This document shows, piece after piece, positions 16,276-20,000 of a stretch of 20,000 nt of DNA. The translations under genes and the position numbers were made by a program. The notes beneath the pieces were generated by a model. It searched no databases, was not told where the DNA came from, and saw only the letters and a list, made by a program, of their open reading frames with translations. Source of the stretch: Bacteriovoracaceae bacterium (GTDB taxonomy: Bacteria; Bdellovibrionota; Bacteriovoracia; Bacteriovoracales; Bacteriovoracaceae); assembly GCA_018649885.1 (NCBI GenBank), contig JABIHA010000011.1:50621-70620 (forward strand), in the 5' to 3' direction. How positions within the stretch are numbered: the stretch's first letter is position 1; each line of letters starts with the position of its first letter.

Positions 16276-16283
16276 TTATCGGC
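16276..16283 (-). promoter_or_regulatory. Sigma28-type -10 element upstream of the small ORF
   Basis: Perfect GCCGATAA on the minus strand, 26 nt upstream of ATG 16249. No clear -35 box. Confidence 0.45.
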
Positions 16284-16361
16284 TCAAAAATAAAAATATG
16301 TGGCCAAATACCTTAGTACAATACAGATTGTATCAAATATTAAGAATTCAATCGACCTAGA

Positions 16362-16730
16362 CTATTTTTCCATAGACCAGAAGGCGATTTTATTGCCTGA
16401 AGGGTCCAACACCTTTGCACTAAACCCACGCTCTCCATCTTCAATGGGGGTTAAGGCCGCAAACACCTTACCACCACCAGAGACCACGGCCTCGAGCGTA
16501 GTTCCAATGGAGGCTGACTGAAAATACATAAGTGGTCCAGAAGCCGCCGGAGCAAATAAATCATTCGATTTTTCTAAGGCCCCCAACATTTTTCCGTTTC
16601 CAAAAATATAGGAAAATTCAAGATCTCTTGTCTCGAAGTTCCACCCCATAACTTGAAGGTAGAACTTTTTTGACACTCTCATATCATTTACTGGTATCGA
16701 AAAAAAACCTAATTCACTAGAGTCCATCAT
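16362..16730 (-). CDS. VOC/glyoxalase-bleomycin resistance family protein
   Basis: FSIPVNDMRVSKKFYLQVMGW, PLMYFQSASI...VVSGGGKV and FSAKVLDPSGNKIAFW. Confidence 0.85.
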   Translation of the reverse strand: MMDSSELGFFSIPVNDMRVSKKFYLQVMGWNFETRDLEFSYIFGNGKMLGALEKSNDLFAPAASGPLMYFQSASIGTTLEAVVSGGGKVFAALTPIEDGERGFSAKVLDPSGNKIAFWSMEK

Positions 16731-16779
16731 TTCTACCTATTCAAAAAACCTTGAGCGGCGATCATACTCCCCCATTCTA

Positions 16780-19700
16780 TTACTTGTAAACAAACTCAGA
16801 CTTAAGAGAGCTCATCTGCAAATCCTTTGAAGAGATACTTAACGGAACTTGATTTTGTGGAAAAAGAACAAGCAGCTCTTCCTCACCTTCACCTTTTTCA
16901 AGAGAAACGCTTTGAGATGAATTTGCTGCCACTACAATTTTTTCACTCATTCCTGTAACTCCACCGCCACTTAAAGCAGGATTTAGACTTAGCCACTTAT
17001 CAAAAGATGCATCAAGATAATCATCCGCTTGAATGGCACCACGATCTTCGTTAATGACAACGAGTTTAAAATTTAGAGTTCCATTTTTAGTGAGTGCTAG
17101 TTTTGCAACATCAACTTCTACAACACTAACTGTAGAATGGTTATAAAACTGAAATTCCTGAACATCTACGATTGAGCTCTTATAATCTTCTTTAATATCC
17201 TTATCTTCAGGAGCCTTGGTTTTCTCTTCTTCAAAACTCTTCCTGGTCTCTCTGATTTTGAGCGCATCTAAAAGTAAGGAGTTGTACTTATTACCATCGA
17301 GTCCTTTGAGGTTGTCGTGATTAATGGCCACTAGCTCTTGTTCAGCAGTTCCGTCCCCATCACTATCAATTAAGACTGACACTTCACAAGGCTGCCAAGT
17401 GGTCACCGCCTGGTATAGTTTAATACCAAATTGAAGAATTTGAATCGTATCGCCCTCTACTTCTTTTTCAAGGACTCTGTATCCAGCTGCCTGCAAGTCG
17501 CAATTTCGACTTCTAGTTGAACTTTGCTTGCCCGCCACATCTTTTCTACTATCTTGACCTATTAAATTAAAAATTAATGCGTCCCCTGCATTTTTTCCGC
17601 TATTTTCTAATTTAAGATCAACAGCTGCTCCTGGCGCATCTTGCTGGGAGCTTGCGTATACTAGGTAGTCACTAGCTTTTATATTAGAAAGTCTTTTTGT
17701 AACGGCCAAAAATGGAATGCGAAGGAACTCGCTATCTCCATCTTTAAATTTAATAAACCCATCGAGCTCTTCTACCGGATCATCTTTTTTCGATGCAATC
17801 AAAGTAGCAGAGACAATAACAGTTTTTTCTTCTCCTGCTTTTAAGACAAGTTCATCTCCAAGCTCGATAACGAGCCCTTCATTTTTTGAAACCTCTACTT
17901 TCAAGCTAAGATCAAGGCCTGTGATATTTTTAATTTTAATTTTTCTTCTAATTTTCTTTTTTCCAGCAATTTGAATTTGCCCTAGGGATAGAGTTTGAGG
18001 ATAAGATAGTAACTTCGCCTCAAGAGCGCTACCAATACGGACTCTCCCAGCTCCTTGCTGAGCAATAGCATAGTCCTTTCCCTCTTTGTCAGAAATAGTT
18101 TTTGCTGTTCCGAGAAGAATACTTTTAAGATCATCAGCACTAGCATTTTTGTATTTTTCAACTAGTAAGGCCATGACACCAGCGATATGTGGAGAAGACA
18201 TAGAAGTTCCACTCATTTTTGTAGGCGCATGTCCTCCACCCATTTTAGCAGAAATAATACTGGCTCCAGGTGCCGAAATTTCAGGTTTTATAAGTGAGTC
18301 TTGTGATCTAGGACCCCTACTTGAAAATCCTGTCAGTGTATCTATCAGTTCTGGTTTTTCAATTTTTTTGTCAGTCTTAAAGTTGATAGTAACATCTGCT
18401 ACTTTCATCATGTCTTTTAACTTAAGACCTAGAGTCCTCGTGATCATGATTCCAGGAACGTCGTGCTTATTAGAGCCTCCCATTGCAATCGGGCTCCCTT
18501 CTTTATTGTTGGCCACAACCACACCAATAGCACCGGCTTCAACTGCTCTTTTGAATTTGTCCACAAAAGCGACAGCACCTCTATCAATTAAAGCAATATG
18601 TGTTTTTAGCTTGGCCTTCACTTCATCACTAAGATCAGTGGCAGCATCTCCAATAAAAACTAGTTTCCCAGAAATATCTCCTGCTTCTTTAATAGGCTTA
18701 GAAAAGTTTCCTTCAATTGCTTCAGTAAAAATATCCTCAGGGCCTGAATTTGAAAATTTAACGCTCCTAAACTTCCAGTTGTGTCCCATTCCATCAACAG
18801 AAGCTGCAACAGAGATGGCCTCATTTACAGAGCCGGGGGCACCTGTAATGTATGAATCGTGCCCAGAGTTTCCTGCAGAAGCAACAACTATAAGCCCACC
18901 ATTGTGAGCATTTTTTATGGCCTCAGTATACATAATATGCGGCTTACCAAATGGGCTACCTAAGGATAAGTTCACAACATCTAATTTATCACTTGGGTCC
19001 ATATCTGAGTTTGGATCCATTGCGTATTCCAGTGCCGCTAGAATCACTGGATCTCCAGTTGAGCCATTTTTTCCAAATACTTTTATTGCGTGAAGTTTTG
19101 CTTTGGGGGCAACTCCTGAGTAGGTTTCTAGTCCATCACCAATTCCCGCAACAGTTCCTGCAACGTGTGTTCCATGTCCTCCCTCGTCTAGAGGATTGCC
19201 ATCGGGTTTTGGAATATGTTTAGCAAAAACGGGAGATGAAGCATCATAGGCCGTTCCGACCAGGTCAATTCCACCAACAACTTTACTATTGGGAAAAGAG
19301 CTGGCATCAACACTATCTGGATCATTATCTTCATAGGCCTTTTCAGTTCCAATGCCTCCAAGCATTTTGTGAGTGTAATCAATGCCAGAATCAATTATAC
19401 CAACACTTATTCCCTCTCCATAAAGACCATATTTTTCGCGAGCTAGCTTTGAGCCTATAAAGGTTGTGGAGTTCATATCTTGAAGAGTTGATAAATCAAC
19501 GGCTTCATCACCACCTAAGTCCTGGGTCGTAGTTTGAGGTCTAGAAAAAGAGCCACTCTTTTCTATATAAGAAAATCCAGCATGGGCCACGAGATCTTTT
19601 TCAAGAGATTTGGGAGCAACCACTGCCAGACCGTTGAGAACAAACTTGTACTTGTAGACAACTCGAATTTGATCGGACATTTTCTTAAGCTCAGCGATCA

Positions 19701-19899
19701 TTTCCTCTTGTTCTTTAATAATCTCTTTTTTGAGACCCTCATCAACAATTGTTCTTCCACTTTCTATTTTAGGATTTTCTAATAGCGCACTATTTTTCAA
19801 CCTTAAGATGGCAAAGAATTGGTCTTGATTCTGCGGACGATTACTAATAATGTCCCCTACAACAGTATGTAGTTTAATGGATCTGTTCGTGACCCCCAT
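16780..19899 (-). CDS. S8 subtilisin-like serine protease (Vpr-like) with I9 propeptide, PA domain and C-terminal beta domains
   Basis: Catalytic triad IIDSGIDYTH, GHGTHVAGTVAG and MSGTSMSSPHIAG; oxyanion SAGNSG; PA insert IALIDRGAVAFVDKFKRAVEAGAIGVVVANN. Start set at ATG 19899 (AGGAGGT 9 nt upstream); the ORF track uses TTG 19962. Confidence 0.93.
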   Translation of the reverse strand: MGVTNRSIKLHTVVGDIISNRPQNQDQFFAILRLKNSALLENPKIESGRTIVDEGLKKEIIKEQEEMIAELKKMSDQIRVVYKYKFVLNGLAVVAPKSLEKDLVAHAGFSYIEKSGSFSRPQTTTQDLGGDEAVDLSTLQDMNSTTFIGSKLAREKYGLYGEGISVGIIDSGIDYTHKMLGGIGTEKAYEDNDPDSVDASSFPNSKVVGGIDLVGTAYDASSPVFAKHIPKPDGNPLDEGGHGTHVAGTVAGIGDGLETYSGVAPKAKLHAIKVFGKNGSTGDPVILAALEYAMDPNSDMDPSDKLDVVNLSLGSPFGKPHIMYTEAIKNAHNGGLIVVASAGNSGHDSYITGAPGSVNEAISVAASVDGMGHNWKFRSVKFSNSGPEDIFTEAIEGNFSKPIKEAGDISGKLVFIGDAATDLSDEVKAKLKTHIALIDRGAVAFVDKFKRAVEAGAIGVVVANNKEGSPIAMGGSNKHDVPGIMITRTLGLKLKDMMKVADVTINFKTDKKIEKPELIDTLTGFSSRGPRSQDSLIKPEISAPGASIISAKMGGGHAPTKMSGTSMSSPHIAGVMALLVEKYKNASADDLKSILLGTAKTISDKEGKDYAIAQQGAGRVRIGSALEAKLLSYPQTLSLGQIQIAGKKKIRRKIKIKNITGLDLSLKVEVSKNEGLVIELGDELVLKAGEEKTVIVSATLIASKKDDPVEELDGFIKFKDGDSEFLRIPFLAVTKRLSNIKASDYLVYASSQQDAPGAAVDLKLENSGKNAGDALIFNLIGQDSRKDVAGKQSSTRSRNCDLQAAGYRVLEKEVEGDTIQILQFGIKLYQAVTTWQPCEVSVLIDSDGDGTAEQELVAINHDNLKGLDGNKYNSLLLDALKIRETRKSFEEEKTKAPEDKDIKEDYKSSIVDVQEFQFYNHSTVSVVEVDVAKLALTKNGTLNFKLVVINEDRGAIQADDYLDASFDKWLSLNPALSGGGVTGMSEKIVVAANSSQSVSLEKGEGEEELLVLFPQNQVPLSISSKDLQMSSLKSEFVYK

Positions 19900-20000
19900 T
19901 TGATGGCTACCTCCTAAATCCGGAGGAAAACCATGGATTTGAATAGAAAAAGAGTAACTCAATCACAGAAATTCAACATCTTAACCGCTCACATTGAAAA

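Noticed and set aside
16300..16521. 73-aa plus-strand ORF and other short overlapping ORFs in the track
   Set aside because: They overlap well-supported genes on the opposite strand or in another frame and lack recognisable motifs.
18086..18907. 273-aa plus-strand ORF
   Set aside because: Codon-aligned antisense mirror of the S8 protease gene, with no independent features.
19976..19996. lac-operator-like sequence CAATGTGAGCGGTTAAGATGT (minus strand) upstream of the S8 protease
   Set aside because: Only 15 of 21 bases match lacO1, dyad symmetry is poor, no LacI-family gene or vector sequence is in view, and it lies at the window edge.

Overview
AT-rich, gene-dense bacterial chromosomal window. 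It is most likely from a Bdellovibrionota (Bacteriovoracaceae-like) predator; this is inferred from the protein families, RxxAS motifs, -KKAA C-termini and sigma28-like promoters, not from a database search. The left third (minus strand, 6296 to the left edge) is a tightly coupled operon: a shortened YgfK-like FMN/Fe-S oxidoreductase, diaminopropionate ammonia-lyase (dpaL/ygeX), a YgeY-family M20 hydrolase, and a fused 2Fe-2S/molybdopterin selenium-dependent-type xanthine dehydrogenase that runs off the window and is missing from the ORF track. These are core genes of the ygeWXY/ygfK/xdh purine (urate) degradation cluster known from anaerobes. The middle holds a DUF302 lipoprotein and a minus-strand run: cupredoxin-like protein, orphan CpaF/TadA ATPase, enolase, a membrane histidine-kinase-like protein with a degenerate H-box, a 2H phosphoesterase with both catalytic His replaced by Tyr, a beta-barrel protein, and a secreted protein with a GlyGly-CTERM-like anchor. 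The right part encodes a hypothetical protein, a secreted HEXXH metallopeptidase, an unannotated 44-aa membrane peptide, a VOC-family protein and a Vpr-like S8 protease with no visible signal peptide. No RNA genes, CRISPR arrays or mobile elements were seen.
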